Virus record (IMG/VR): IMGVR_UViG_3300023235_000008
Span: 62,001 to 126,000 of that record
Strand: one strand, 5' to 3'
DNA length: 64,000 nt
The notes beneath the pieces are model-generated. The model was not told where the DNA came from and searched no databases. It saw only the letters and a list, made by a program, of their open reading frames with translations. The translations under genes and the position numbers were made by a program. Below are positions 18,466 to 29,128 of the stretch, piece after piece (the stretch's first letter is position 1; each line of letters opens with the position of its first letter).

Positions 18466-20766
18466 ATGTTAGAAGAAAATCCAGATATCAACAAGATCAT
18501 TGATGCATCACAAGACTATGCAGCAAAACTAAAGCATCAATATGTTACACTTGAACACCTTTTGTTCGGGTTGATCAAAGACCGAGAGTTTTCAACCATT
18601 CTTGCAGAAGTCAAGGTTGACGTTGAAGGACTTCGTGATGAGTTAGTAACTTATATGCGGGATCGTCCAGAACTTATCAGTCGGCATACAGGCACACCAA
18701 AGCGAACACATGCCCTTGAGCGTGTATTTAACCGTGCCTATACACAAGTGTTGTTCAGTGGTCGAAGCCGTATGGATAGCATTGACCTATATTTGAGCAT
18801 CCTTGCCGAAACCAACTCACACGCCGCATATTATCTTCTTAAATATCTTCCTTCTAAAGACGATATCATGGAAATGTATCAGCCCAAGGACAAAAAGGGC
18901 GCAACAAATAAATCTAAAAAAATGAACGAAACCCAAGCGCAAGAGTTGCTTGAAGAATACTGTAGCAATCTTAACGAGATGGCAGATAACGGAAAGATTG
19001 ATCCCGTTATTGGACGTGATGCCGAACTTGATGATATTGCACAAGTTCTTGCAAGACGCACAAAGTCAAACGTGCTAATGGTCGGTGATCCCGGCGTTGG
19101 TAAGACTGCGATTGCAGAAGGATTGGCATTGAAAATCAACGAAGGCAAAGTGCCTGACTATCTTGTAGGATGGGCGGTGTGGAACCTTGATGTTGGGTCA
19201 TTGCTTGCAGGTTGTAAGTTCCGTGGTGAGTTTGAAGAGAAAATCAAAGAAACCATTGAAGCACTTGAAGCACGTGGCAAGTCAATCTTGTTTATCGACG
19301 AAGCGCACACGATGCGTGGTGCTGGCAATGCTGGCACTGGCGGCGGTCCAGATTTCGCCAATATGCTGAAGCCAGCACTTGGTCGTGGCGGAATCAAGGT
19401 TATTGCATCAACAACATGGGATGAATATACCACATCATTCGAAAAAGACCGTGCTATGATGCGGCGTTTCTATCGTTTGACCGTTGATGAACCAACGCCA
19501 GAAGTTGCCAAGGATATTGTTGCGGCGATTTCGGTATATATTCGTGAACATCATGGCGCAAAGGCTATCAAAAAGGATGCCATCGAAGCGGCGGTTGATT
19601 ATTCCGTTCGTTATCAAGCCGATAAGAAACTTCCCGACAAAGCGATTGATTTGATTGATGCGGCTTGTGCAAAGCAACGGTTGCTTGGTAATAAGAACTT
19701 CGTAATCAAGAAAGTTGATGTATTGACGGAGTTAGCCCGTGCAACGGGTGTTCCAATGAATACAATGGACGATAAAGAAAAGTCCGAGAACTTGCAAAAT
19801 ATTGAAATCAATATCAAAACCAATGTGTTCGGTCAAGATGATTCAGTTGATAAAGTTCTTGATAAAATCTTCGTGGCAAAGGCTGGATTGAAATCACACG
19901 ACAAGCCGATTGGTTCCTTTATGTTTATGGGTCCAACGGGTGTGGGTAAAACCGAGTTGGCGAAACAGCTGTCACGTGAACTTGCAATGAAACTGTTGCG
20001 ATATGATATGAGTGAATATCAAGAGAAACACGCCATTGCACGTTTCGTTGGTGCCCCTGCGGGTTACGTAGGTCACGACGATACACCGGGTCTTTTGATT
20101 AAAGACATCAAAGAAAATCCTAACGCTATCATTCTTTTTGACGAAGTTGAAAAGGCGCACCCTGATGTTCTAAACATCTTGTTGCAAATGATGGACGAAG
20201 GTTATGTCACCAGTGCCAAAGGTCAACGAGCAGATGCACGTAACTGTGTTATCATTTTGACATCAAACTTGGGTGCTGCGGCAAACGAGAAAAACAACAT
20301 CGGCTTCGGATTATCCGGTGCAGCGTTGCAGAAATCAGGTGAAGAAGATAAAGAGTATGAAGCATACTTTGCACCAGAATTCCGTAACCGTGTCGATGCT
20401 GTATGTAAATTCGGCAAGTTATCTAAAATGGCGATGAAAAAGATTGTCAATAAGTTCATGAATGATGTTAATGAACTTCTTAGTGAACGTGATATGAAAA
20501 TTCGTACCACGGATGAACTTGTAGAATACCTTGTAGATAGTGGCTTTGATCCAAAGACGGGTGCACGTCCATTGGCACGTATCATCGATCAAGAAATCAA
20601 AGTCCCGCTTGCCAAGAAGATGCTGTTCGAAAAACTTGACAAAGGTAGCATTATTGTGGTAAACTATAAGGATAAAGAGGTCACATTTGACTTCACAAAT
20701 CCCCTTCCAATTGAAAATTTAGAAAAAGAGGCCATTAATGACCAAGGTATTATCGAAATCGATTAA
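18466..20766 (+). CDS. clpA: ATP-dependent Clp protease ATP-binding subunit (ClpA-like)
   Basis: Clp N domain, two AAA modules (GDPGVGKT, GPTGVGKT), LPDKAIDLID, IGF-like loop (NIGFG). Confidence 0.92.
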   Translation: MLEENPDINKIIDASQDYAAKLKHQYVTLEHLLFGLIKDREFSTILAEVKVDVEGLRDELVTYMRDRPELISRHTGTPKRTHALERVFNRAYTQVLFSGRSRMDSIDLYLSILAETNSHAAYYLLKYLPSKDDIMEMYQPKDKKGATNKSKKMNETQAQELLEEYCSNLNEMADNGKIDPVIGRDAELDDIAQVLARRTKSNVLMVGDPGVGKTAIAEGLALKINEGKVPDYLVGWAVWNLDVGSLLAGCKFRGEFEEKIKETIEALEARGKSILFIDEAHTMRGAGNAGTGGGPDFANMLKPALGRGGIKVIASTTWDEYTTSFEKDRAMMRRFYRLTVDEPTPEVAKDIVAAISVYIREHHGAKAIKKDAIEAAVDYSVRYQADKKLPDKAIDLIDAACAKQRLLGNKNFVIKKVDVLTELARATGVPMNTMDDKEKSENLQNIEINIKTNVFGQDDSVDKVLDKIFVAKAGLKSHDKPIGSFMFMGPTGVGKTELAKQLSRELAMKLLRYDMSEYQEKHAIARFVGAPAGYVGHDDTPGLLIKDIKENPNAIILFDEVEKAHPDVLNILLQMMDEGYVTSAKGQRADARNCVIILTSNLGAAANEKNNIGFGLSGAALQKSGEEDKEYEAYFAPEFRNRVDAVCKFGKLSKMAMKKIVNKFMNDVNELLSERDMKIRTTDELVEYLVDSGFDPKTGARPLARIIDQEIKVPLAKKMLFEKLDKGSIIVVNYKDKEVTFDFTNPLPIENLEKEAINDQGIIEID

Positions 20767-21466
20767 GAAAACATTGGACGATATCAATACTGTTAAAATC
20801 GTAGATTCACACAAGTATAGTGTGTCAGAACACGGAAAAATGTGGTTTAGTAAATTCAATACCCGTATTTCATTTCGTATTGATTCAGAATATGTTATCG
20901 ACGGGCGGCGTAGATACGGAACATATGACCATCTTGTGCATGAAGTCAAAACAATTGCTAGAGATATCTACACAACAGATGGTTGTAGATTCCGAGATGA
21001 TTATATCAGTATCAGCCTATTTGTAATACAGGGCGACGATAAACTTGAGTTACTGCTGGAAACGGTCAAGACATGGGCTGATAACTACGCAAAGAAAAAC
21101 CGTGGATACAAGCCGATTACTATCAATGATATTTCTCATACGATGGTAGAAGATCAACATCAAAGTGTGGTTATTCGCAAAGACACACTACCACATGGTG
21201 GCTATCGCTATAAGATGTATCTTTCTACCGACAGGGCAATGGACCGAGCAGACGATTTGGTGCGTCTTATTAAAACGGACGGGTATTTAACTAGCGACTA
21301 TACCATGGATAGATTATCATCCTCATCAGGGTATTTTTTTTATAATTCACAGCCATTCGTGTGGGCAAAAACCAAAAAAGATATGTTTGCAATGTCACTC
21401 GCAATGGGTGACGTAATTAAAAAAGTGGAGGAATATAGGTTAGAAAATGAAGACAACATTAGTTAA
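20738..21466 (+). CDS. Hypothetical protein
   Basis: 242-aa ORF within the clp operon. Confidence 0.6.
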   Translation: MTKVLSKSIKKTLDDINTVKIVDSHKYSVSEHGKMWFSKFNTRISFRIDSEYVIDGRRRYGTYDHLVHEVKTIARDIYTTDGCRFRDDYISISLFVIQGDDKLELLLETVKTWADNYAKKNRGYKPITINDISHTMVEDQHQSVVIRKDTLPHGGYRYKMYLSTDRAMDRADDLVRLIKTDGYLTSDYTMDRLSSSSGYFFYNSQPFVWAKTKKDMFAMSLAMGDVIKKVEEYRLENEDNIS

Positions 21467-21773
21467 TAAATTTCGTGAGCTTGGTATTATTCAATACGAA
21501 ACAAAAGTTCATGCCACCGTTAATGCCAAAGGTATCGGATACGAGAAGGTTAGAATCAATAAAGAACTAGTCCTTCAACGAGTAGAAGACGCCGGGTGTT
21601 CCGGTATTAGCCCCCGTGATCCACATATTACCTATACTATTACGTATGGAGATATTCACAGGATTGACGGAATGAATATAGAACGATTAGCACAATCGTA
21701 TGATTTAAATATTGATGGCACACCACGTGCTGTCGGACTCAAACCGGGAAGGAAACCCAAAACAGATGTCTGA
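21447..21773 (+). CDS. Hypothetical protein
   Basis: Overlapping operon ORF. Confidence 0.6.
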   Translation: MKTTLVNKFRELGIIQYETKVHATVNAKGIGYEKVRINKELVLQRVEDAGCSGISPRDPHITYTITYGDIHRIDGMNIERLAQSYDLNIDGTPRAVGLKPGRKPKTDV

Positions 21774-22320
21774 AGATAATAAAAATGAAAAGAAGTCACT
21801 AAACGATAACGGTATGTATCTTTTTATGACCGAAGTTACACAAGCGTCACTTAAACCAGTCATCGAATGGATTATTGAAGAAAATCTTCAAGCCAAGAAA
21901 AAGAAATATATCACACTTATTGTCAATTCACCCGGCGGCGACGTAAATGCTTGTTTTGCATTGATTGATACAATGAAGGGTTCTTCTATCCCTGTCCGCA
22001 CAGTCGGCATTGGCATGATCGCAAGTTGTGGCTTACTTATGTTCATGGCTGGTGAAAAAGGTCACCGTACTCTTACACCGAATACGTCTATCTTGTCACA
22101 TCAATATAGCGGGGGATCACGTGGTAAGGAACACGAACTATTTTCAGTAACAAAAGAGTTTAATCTTACAAGCAGACGATTATTAGATCATTACACTAAG
22201 TGCACTGGTTTATCAGAAAAGAAAGTTCGCAAGAAGTTGTTACCAGAATCCGATGTATGGCTTGATGCCGAAGAAGCATTGGCGCTTGGTATTTGCGACA
22301 AAATAAAGGAAACATATTAA
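21766..22320 (+). CDS. clpP: ClpP-like serine protease subunit
   Basis: VNSPGG, IASCG (catalytic Ser), ILSHQ (His), WLDAEEALALGICD. Confidence 0.9.
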   Translation: MSEDNKNEKKSLNDNGMYLFMTEVTQASLKPVIEWIIEENLQAKKKKYITLIVNSPGGDVNACFALIDTMKGSSIPVRTVGIGMIASCGLLMFMAGEKGHRTLTPNTSILSHQYSGGSRGKEHELFSVTKEFNLTSRRLLDHYTKCTGLSEKKVRKKLLPESDVWLDAEEALALGICDKIKETY

Positions 22321-22724
22321 TGGTTAAAAAGAGTAAAAAAGACAGTGTAACCGCTGGCAATAAGGAAACCTTCGAAGAAACAAAGAAGCGTATTGAAACG
22401 TTGGGGCGTATCGAGCAGATCAAAGACAAAGAACTTGATATTCTTAAAGAAGGAAATGATGGTGAACTAAAGGATTATGAGCCAGACTTTATGCTTGTAT
22501 TCCGTGAAAAGGATGGCACGTGGTATTATGGCTCATCACGTATCCTTGATAACGATAACCACCAAATGAATGGTATGAAGGTTTACGAGGTCAAAGACTT
22601 TGACCGTACATTGGAAGACCTACGTGCCCGTCAAAAGTTTGACATTAGTTTACCGAATATGATTATTTGGAAAGACTATGATAACCAAGACGAGTTGGTT
22701 GGTTGGGCTGATCCGTACGCATAA
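22320..22724 (+). CDS. Hypothetical protein
   Basis: Coupled ORF (TAATG). Confidence 0.6.
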   Translation: MVKKSKKDSVTAGNKETFEETKKRIETLGRIEQIKDKELDILKEGNDGELKDYEPDFMLVFREKDGTWYYGSSRILDNDNHQMNGMKVYEVKDFDRTLEDLRARQKFDISLPNMIIWKDYDNQDELVGWADPYA

Positions 22725-23257
22725 TGATTTCAGCAATCTTAGCCATTGATGAAAACGGGGCTATCGGTAACAAAGGTGCGTTACCGTGGCCCCGTAGTGA
22801 TCACGATATGAAATGGTTTCGCAACCTAACTAAAAATAACAATGTCGTTATGGGGCGAAAGACGTGGGATAGTTTGCCGAGCAAACCCCTGCCGAACCGT
22901 TTAAGTCTGATCGTTTCTAAAACTCTAACACAGCGTGATATTGGACGCAATGAAGCCTATGCGATGGTATTGGGGGATGATTGGAAAAATTTTGTTATTA
23001 ATCTACATCTACGCAACCAACTATCCATCCCGCCTGTTACATGTGACACGTTTATCATAGGCGGGGCTGAAATATATAGACAAACGTTTGATATATGTGA
23101 TAAAATATACCTAACGACATTTAAAGGTGTATTTGAAGCCGATACATATATTACCCATGATCTTGGTCTTCATATTGGTAACTTTGAATGCATTCAGCGA
23201 ATCGAACATCCAGAATGTAAAATGGAAGCGTGGGAACGTATACCAGATTATGAGTAG
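22724..23257 (+). CDS. folA: Dihydrofolate reductase
   Basis: AIGNKGALPW, DMKWF, VVMGRKTWDSLP.KPLPNR, IIGGAEIY, ADTY. Confidence 0.95.
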   Translation: MISAILAIDENGAIGNKGALPWPRSDHDMKWFRNLTKNNNVVMGRKTWDSLPSKPLPNRLSLIVSKTLTQRDIGRNEAYAMVLGDDWKNFVINLHLRNQLSIPPVTCDTFIIGGAEIYRQTFDICDKIYLTTFKGVFEADTYITHDLGLHIGNFECIQRIEHPECKMEAWERIPDYE

Positions 23258-23843
23258 AGAAAGTTTTGACGATACTTGGCTAACAGAAATGCCAGAGAAT
23301 ATAGGCGATTTTGAACTGTTTGATATGTTGGAATACCATATCAAAGATCGCCTAAAACATACCAGTAAAGTATCATTGGGCGATAATTGGTTCAAGATGG
23401 GTAATGAAGTGGTATCCTATTGGTATGAAAAAAATGGTGAAATATTATTAGCAGCAGAATTTGATGTGAAGCCACAATCATATGTTGTCAATTCGGTAGG
23501 AAAAAAATACAAGGGATCAATGCCCTATGCATCTGACCTATACAACCGTGTGTTGAAAGATACTCACAAATCTATTAGAATTATGAGTGATGTTCAATTA
23601 TCCAATGAGGGGTTTAGTATCTGGGAGAGATTGATAGATCAGGGACATTCAATATCCGTGTATAATAAAAACGAACCGGGTAGGTCATTTAAGATTTTAA
23701 ATAAAAATGATCTAAAAAAATATCATCAAGCGGATACAGATTTCCGTAAATATCAATTTATTATTTCGGAAAGCTCATATATAAACGAAACTGCTGCGGT
23801 ATTCGGCACCCGGCGTATGCGTGAATTAACTGGAAGAATATGA
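23250..23843 (+). CDS. GNAT-like hypothetical protein with an N-terminal LTE motif
   Basis: ASDLY...IRIMSDVQLSNEGFSIWERL resembles the GNAT-like module of 29476..32871. Confidence 0.45.
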   Translation: MSRESFDDTWLTEMPENIGDFELFDMLEYHIKDRLKHTSKVSLGDNWFKMGNEVVSYWYEKNGEILLAAEFDVKPQSYVVNSVGKKYKGSMPYASDLYNRVLKDTHKSIRIMSDVQLSNEGFSIWERLIDQGHSISVYNKNEPGRSFKILNKNDLKKYHQADTDFRKYQFIISESSYINETAAVFGTRRMRELTGRI

Positions 23844-23912
23844 ATGTGATTGGTATCCATATGTGTTCAAATGTAGCAAATGCAAACAGACTTATATGTA
23901 CGGATGGTCATA

Positions 23913-24203
23913 ATGTCACTGTTTGAAATCTGTCCATTATGTTGGCGTGTACTAGGAATAGTGAACATAGACGAGCATCACTTGATTCCTAAAACTTTCA
24001 AGGGTAAAGCAAAAGAACCATTACATAAAATATGTCACAGAAAGATACACGCAACCTTTACTGAACGAGAGTTACTAAAACATTATCATACTTGGGAAAG
24101 ACTTAGGGAACATGAGCAAATCCAGACTTTCGTGAAGTGGGTCCAAAAGAAAGACCCCAGCTACTATGACGGAAGCAAAGATTCAAACCGGAGAAGAAGA
24201 TGA
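23913..24203 (+). CDS. Small HNH endonuclease-like protein
   Basis: CPLC...EHHLIPK...LHKICHRKIH. Confidence 0.75.
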   Translation: MSLFEICPLCWRVLGIVNIDEHHLIPKTFKGKAKEPLHKICHRKIHATFTERELLKHYHTWERLREHEQIQTFVKWVQKKDPSYYDGSKDSNRRRR

Positions 24204-24204
24204 C

Positions 24205-24501
24205 ATGAAAATATTACCACGCTATAGAACAGATCAATGGACAAGAGGGGAAGATTTCCCCAACGAGCCGTTTGTGTTTGATGTGCGTAATTGGGACATC
24301 GCTCATACTATGTACCGAATGTTGATGACACCTAAGTTACAACAGGATCGCAATGTAGTCGCAGTATCCTTGCGTGGTATTCCAACCGCTAACGAACTTC
24401 GCTGGTGTGAAAGAGCCGCCAGAAAAGGTAACTTCAGAATAATATGGCTTAGTACAAAAATGAAAGAAACATCAGATGCAGAACTACCTAACAACACTTA
24501 A
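24205..24501 (+). CDS. Hypothetical protein, paralog of 46087..46374
   Basis: Shared [17 protein letters not shown] and [12 protein letters not shown] blocks. Confidence 0.7.
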   Translation: MKILPRYRTDQWTRGEDFPNEPFVFDVRNWDIAHTMYRMLMTPKLQQDRNVVAVSLRGIPTANELRWCERAARKGNFRIIWLSTKMKETSDAELPNNT

Positions 24502-26128
24502 ACACATCATGGACAACGGCGTAGATCGTGGCGATAGAACGGGCACAGGCACACGCTCTGTATTCGCTCACCAGATGCGATTTGATTTGTCAGAAGGCTT
24601 TCCAGCCGTTACAACCAAGAAGCTGGCGTTCAAAGCTGTAAAGAGTGAACTGCTATGGTTCCTAGAAGGGTCTGGTGATGAAAGACGATTAGCTGAAATC
24701 AATGGCACTGAACGCACAATCTGGACTGCTAACGCTGAAGCTGACTATTGGAAACCCAAAGCAAAGTTCGAAGGCGACCTCCAAAAAGTATATGGCTACC
24801 AATGGCGAAAATGGTCAAAATATGATTCTTGGCGAGATTCTGTAACTCTAATAGAACAGGGCACTAAAATTGGTGACGATCAACCATTTTCCTTGGATTT
24901 TGATTTAGAACAAGTAGATTACACAGGTGGTGATGATTTTGTAGGAAAGATTTTTGATACAAATCAATCAGGGCAAATAAAAATTCTTAAAAAACTTGAT
25001 GTGAGAAATGGCAATTCGTATTACCGAGTTCAATTTTTAGAAGGTATCAACACCATCATAGACTGCTCTCGTCCTAACATTCGTTCAAAAACTGTAAAGA
25101 ACCCATATGCCATGACTGCGGCTGAAGGTGCTGGGTGTTATGGAGTAGTCGATAAACGATCAAAATATTTAACATCAGCATATAATATGTGGCTCAATAT
25201 GATGGAGCGGTGTCATGGTGAAAATACTGAGAAGACACTATTTTATAAACAACAAGGTATTTATGTGGATTCTAAGTGGAGATGTTTTAGTAATTTTTAC
25301 AGAGATATTCATGGTTTGGTTGGATTTGACAAATGGGTTATTAACCATTCAAAATATGAATTAGATAAAGATTATTTTGGTAATAAATTTTATGGAATAG
25401 AATCAACTATATTTCTACCTATGTGGTATAATCAATATATTTTACCTAAACATAATAATGATTTGATTATTGCGACCAATAAGAAATCTAATGAAGAATT
25501 CAAATTCACAACACCATCCTTGTTCTATAAACAAAAAGATATTAAAGATACTGATATGGTAAATAGAGCATTCCGTGAACAAAACGGCAATTCTATAAAT
25601 TGGTCATTTAGCAAAAAATCACCGCCAATCGGATATAAATGGAGACAGCAATTTTTTGTAGATCAAATCGCTGATGTCATTGAAAGCATTAAGAATGACC
25701 CTGACAGCCGTAGACATATCGTTACAGCGTATAATCCGGGAGAACTTCAAGATATGGCTCTACCACCGTGTCATATGATCTTTCAATTCTATGTGGCTAA
25801 TGGCAAACTATCATGCCATATGAACCAGCGTTCTTGTGACCTTTTTTTAGGCGTTCCATTCAATATCGCCAGTTATGCTTTACTTACACATATGATTGCT
25901 CAAGTATGCGGGCTTGATGTAGGTGAACTAATCCTGACATTAGGCGATGCTCACATTTATAGCAATCACTTCGATCAAGTCAATGAACAGCTATCACGAG
26001 AACCACAGGATTTACCAACGCTATGGTTGAACCCTGATATTAAAGATATTGATAGTTTCACAATGGATGATATCAAGCTTGAGAACTACAATCCACAGGA
26101 CACTATAAAAGCAAAGATGGCAGTGTGA
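24476..26128 (+). CDS. thyA: Thymidylate synthase ThyA with an in-frame endonuclease insertion
   Basis: DRTGTGT, TTKK, ELLWFL, YGYQWR, DSRR, LPPCH, QRSCD, GDAHIY. It is 550 aa versus ~264 for an ordinary ThyA. Confidence 0.93.
   Translation: MQNYLTTLKHIMDNGVDRGDRTGTGTRSVFAHQMRFDLSEGFPAVTTKKLAFKAVKSELLWFLEGSGDERRLAEINGTERTIWTANAEADYWKPKAKFEGDLQKVYGYQWRKWSKYDSWRDSVTLIEQGTKIGDDQPFSLDFDLEQVDYTGGDDFVGKIFDTNQSGQIKILKKLDVRNGNSYYRVQFLEGINTIIDCSRPNIRSKTVKNPYAMTAAEGAGCYGVVDKRSKYLTSAYNMWLNMMERCHGENTEKTLFYKQQGIYVDSKWRCFSNFYRDIHGLVGFDKWVINHSKYELDKDYFGNKFYGIESTIFLPMWYNQYILPKHNNDLIIATNKKSNEEFKFTTPSLFYKQKDIKDTDMVNRAFREQNGNSINWSFSKKSPPIGYKWRQQFFVDQIADVIESIKNDPDSRRHIVTAYNPGELQDMALPPCHMIFQFYVANGKLSCHMNQRSCDLFLGVPFNIASYALLTHMIAQVCGLDVGELILTLGDAHIYSNHFDQVNEQLSREPQDLPTLWLNPDIKDIDSFTMDDIKLENYNPQDTIKAKMAV
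24815..25657 (+). mobile_element. In-frame HNH-like homing endonuclease domain inside thyA
   Basis: W..MMERC...Y...GIYV...W..FSNF...LDKD...NK.Y...T.FLP..YN pattern; visibly AT-richer than its flanks. Confidence 0.7.
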
Positions 26129-26388
26129 CCACCAAAGAAAAACAAGATTTTTGGAACGCATTAAGTGAACCGCAACCGATATCCGATGTATTTCTGGAAC
26201 TTGACCAACTGATATGTGATAAGAATATCAATCCCCATTATCATATGGATATGTGTAATTCAATGGTAGATTATATCAGGAATAAACACAATATCACGGT
26301 GACGATTGAAGAAACGTATGAACCAGAGCGGGATAAAAAACTTATCAGAATCAATTACAATGGATATTGGTATGAACGACGATATTAG
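26125..26388 (+). CDS. Hypothetical protein
   Basis: GTGA overlap with thyA. Confidence 0.5.
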   Translation: MTTKEKQDFWNALSEPQPISDVFLELDQLICDKNINPHYHMDMCNSMVDYIRNKHNITVTIEETYEPERDKKLIRINYNGYWYERRY

Positions 26389-26896
26389 TAAAGAAGATTT
26401 CATAGGAGTGTTATCCACCGATATTGGACAGTTTAAGCGCCATAAAATAATAAAAGAAATATGGGTGATTATACAGAGATATCCGAATGTACTGGAAAAT
26501 CCACACACACGCACAACACTAGAAAAAAATCTGGTTGATTATTATGGAATGAAAAATGTTACGTGCTATAGAGATTTTGAGGCACAAGGATACGTATTGA
26601 CATTTCAATGGGATTCACATCATATACCTTATTCTAAATTATGGATAAGCGAATATATAAATGATTATGAAATAAGTGATATACAATGAACTATAATAAC
26701 AAACAATTTACAACAGCATTGATGGAATGCGAAGTAGATTTATTGCGTAAGCTATTAGTCATAGGTGTGGCGGGTATGCCCCCTGCTTCGTTGCATGAAT
26801 GGGCACTTGAGTATCTGTCCGAAGAGGAATTCGAAGATTTTTATTTAACATTCTTTGCCAGCAAATGATAAATACTATATTAAGGAGAGTTATCAG

Positions 26897-27064
26897 ATGG
26901 CTAAAATGAATGAAGAAATGGTTGTGATTAAAGTATCAGAACTAATTAAAGACGATGCTAACGCATCAGCAATTCTGACAGACGATATGCTAGAAGGCGT
27001 AGAAGCTGTAGTTCAAGAACTAGTAGGCGAAGGCAAACTAGTAGAAATCATTAAGGAAGTTTAA
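26897..27064 (+). CDS. Small acidic hypothetical late protein
   Basis: ATAAATA at 26868-26874 and AAGGAG RBS. Confidence 0.6.
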   Translation: MAKMNEEMVVIKVSELIKDDANASAILTDDMLEGVEAVVQELVGEGKLVEIIKEV

Positions 27065-27435
27065 TGCCCGCAACATCACTAACCCTAATCCCGTCAATTT
27101 CACAGGGAACACCAAATGAAAACTTGAACTATGATGGTTCAAGTGCGTCGTTCCAAACCGATAAGGTTAAAGGCGATGGATATTATGGGTATGATGGAAT
27201 CCATACCGTGGCTTACTTTCCGAACCTATTTATTGGCACTATTAAAATGCAAGGTTCATTGGCAACAACGCCAACATCGACTGATTGGTTTGATATAGAT
27301 GGCACAACAATGACCAATGCGGTTGCTGGTTCAGTCGCCGTTACATACAACTTCACTGGAAACTTTGTTTATCTTAGAGCGGCTGTTTCTGGATTTTCTG
27401 AAGGAAGTATAACGAAAGTACAACTGAACTATTAA
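27064..27435 (+). CDS. Putative virion structural protein (beta-rich)
   Basis: Thr/Ser/Gly-rich, GNFVYLRA motif, in a late operon. Confidence 0.5.
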   Translation: MPATSLTLIPSISQGTPNENLNYDGSSASFQTDKVKGDGYYGYDGIHTVAYFPNLFIGTIKMQGSLATTPTSTDWFDIDGTTMTNAVAGSVAVTYNFTGNFVYLRAAVSGFSEGSITKVQLNY

Positions 27436-28652
27436 TGATAAATTTCGTTTATGACTTTAAAAACGAACAAACCTATCTCCCAAATCTTGTAAAAGATACC
27501 ACCCTTGTACCTAAATCAACCGAGTGGTATGATCTAGCACTAAAAACCCCATTCTCACAAGAAAACCGTCTAGTAAAATATATGCGATTGGATAATGCTC
27601 CGCATCGTGAAATGCTATCGACCGAATTGCCATTAGACCAAATCGGGCATTATATGGTAAATCTAAATTTCTTCGATATCGACATAGACTACTTTGAATT
27701 GATGGAAAAAAGATCAAGGAAGATGTTACGCAACAAACGCCTCGTATTTGTATTCTATTATAGTGAAGGCGATTGGCTTGATGACGGCATTGCCGACCAT
27801 ATAAATGATCTTTGTATTAGGCATAATATAAGCCGTGAGTATGTAAAATTTGTTTGTGCCAACGCATTAGCACCGACATATGGGAACTCATTTGTGTACT
27901 TTCCCGACGACGAGTTATATTATCGTTATCTACATATACATAAAAAAGATTATGTAACCGAAGTCAATATGCAGCCACGCAGTAAGAAGTTTACATTCTT
28001 GAATAGAATAGACAAACCGTGGCGCAAAGCGTTTGCTGCATCATTATGGCAACACGGTCTGCAAAATGACAGTTATTTTAGTTACCAAGATAAACAATAT
28101 ACAACCAGCCACGATCCTTTTGATATTCGTGACGATGATCCTATGGAATGGTGTGATTACTGGAATGACGTGGACAGACTGGTTGCACAGTTTGATTTAT
28201 ACACGCCGTTATCGTGCGATGATATGACCGATGATGAACACAACAATCATAGCATCATTCATAAACCTTTCTTCGATGACGCATATTGGAATTTTGTTAC
28301 CGAGACACACTATACCGACGATACTATTTTTCTGACAGAAAAGACATTTAAATGTATATTAAACCTACAGCCGTTTGTGATTATTGGTAATCCCGGCAGT
28401 TTAATGGTTTTACATGATTTAGGATACAAGACATTCGACGACTATATATTCGAAGATTATGATAGTGTAGAAAATGGTGAAAAGCGGATGCATAGTTGTT
28501 TTACCGAGTGTTATAAACTGGCTACATATGATGATAATGCACATCGTAAGGTTATGCGTGAATTGAAGCCGTTACTTGAATACAATCAACGAGTTTTTCT
28601 TGCATCGAAATTGGGGCGTATAAATACCTTAGTTAAAGAATTACAGGTATAA
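27435..28652 (+). CDS. Putative glycosyltransferase-like protein
   Basis: WNFVTET...FLTEKTFK.I...QPFV..G.PGSL..L..LGYKTF block; family assignment uncertain. Confidence 0.4.
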   Translation: MINFVYDFKNEQTYLPNLVKDTTLVPKSTEWYDLALKTPFSQENRLVKYMRLDNAPHREMLSTELPLDQIGHYMVNLNFFDIDIDYFELMEKRSRKMLRNKRLVFVFYYSEGDWLDDGIADHINDLCIRHNISREYVKFVCANALAPTYGNSFVYFPDDELYYRYLHIHKKDYVTEVNMQPRSKKFTFLNRIDKPWRKAFAASLWQHGLQNDSYFSYQDKQYTTSHDPFDIRDDDPMEWCDYWNDVDRLVAQFDLYTPLSCDDMTDDEHNNHSIIHKPFFDDAYWNFVTETHYTDDTIFLTEKTFKCILNLQPFVIIGNPGSLMVLHDLGYKTFDDYIFEDYDSVENGEKRMHSCFTECYKLATYDDNAHRKVMRELKPLLEYNQRVFLASKLGRINTLVKELQV

Positions 28653-28656
28653 ATTT

Positions 28657-29088
28657 ATGGAAAAACTAAGTTTTGCGATTACGCTGGCGTCCACTGGTAC
28701 GCCGTATGCACTAGTACACATTAACGATAGATTGATAGATGATTCGATTATCCACGAAGAGAAGATTATCACATTTGAAGTAGAATGCGGCGAAGAAAAC
28801 AAATTAAATATTGAGTTGGGTAATAAGAAAGAATCCGATGTTGTTCTTGATGACGAGGGTAATGTAATCAAAGATCAACTATTGCATATTAAAAAAATAG
28901 AAATAGATGAGATTGATATCACCAATCTTTGTCGGTTTAAATCCAAATATATTCCGTCAGATAGATGGTATGCTGAAAATCATCCCGATACACCCGTATT
29001 ACGCAATCATATGGACCTTGGATGGAATGGCGTATGGTTTATCGAGTTTAATACACCATTTTATATATTTTTGCTAGAAAATATGTAA
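28657..29088 (+). CDS. Hypothetical protein
   Basis: 143-aa ORF in a late operon. Confidence 0.6.
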   Translation: MEKLSFAITLASTGTPYALVHINDRLIDDSIIHEEKIITFEVECGEENKLNIELGNKKESDVVLDDEGNVIKDQLLHIKKIEIDEIDITNLCRFKSKYIPSDRWYAENHPDTPVLRNHMDLGWNGVWFIEFNTPFYIFLLENM

Positions 29089-29128
29089 TACGCTAATAGT
29101 GATAAATACATTAAATAGGATTTTCATT

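Noticed and set aside
24815-25657. thyA insert as an intein or group I intron
   Set aside because: No block A/B/F/G intein motifs or terminal His-Asn, and no P/Q/R/S intron elements were found.
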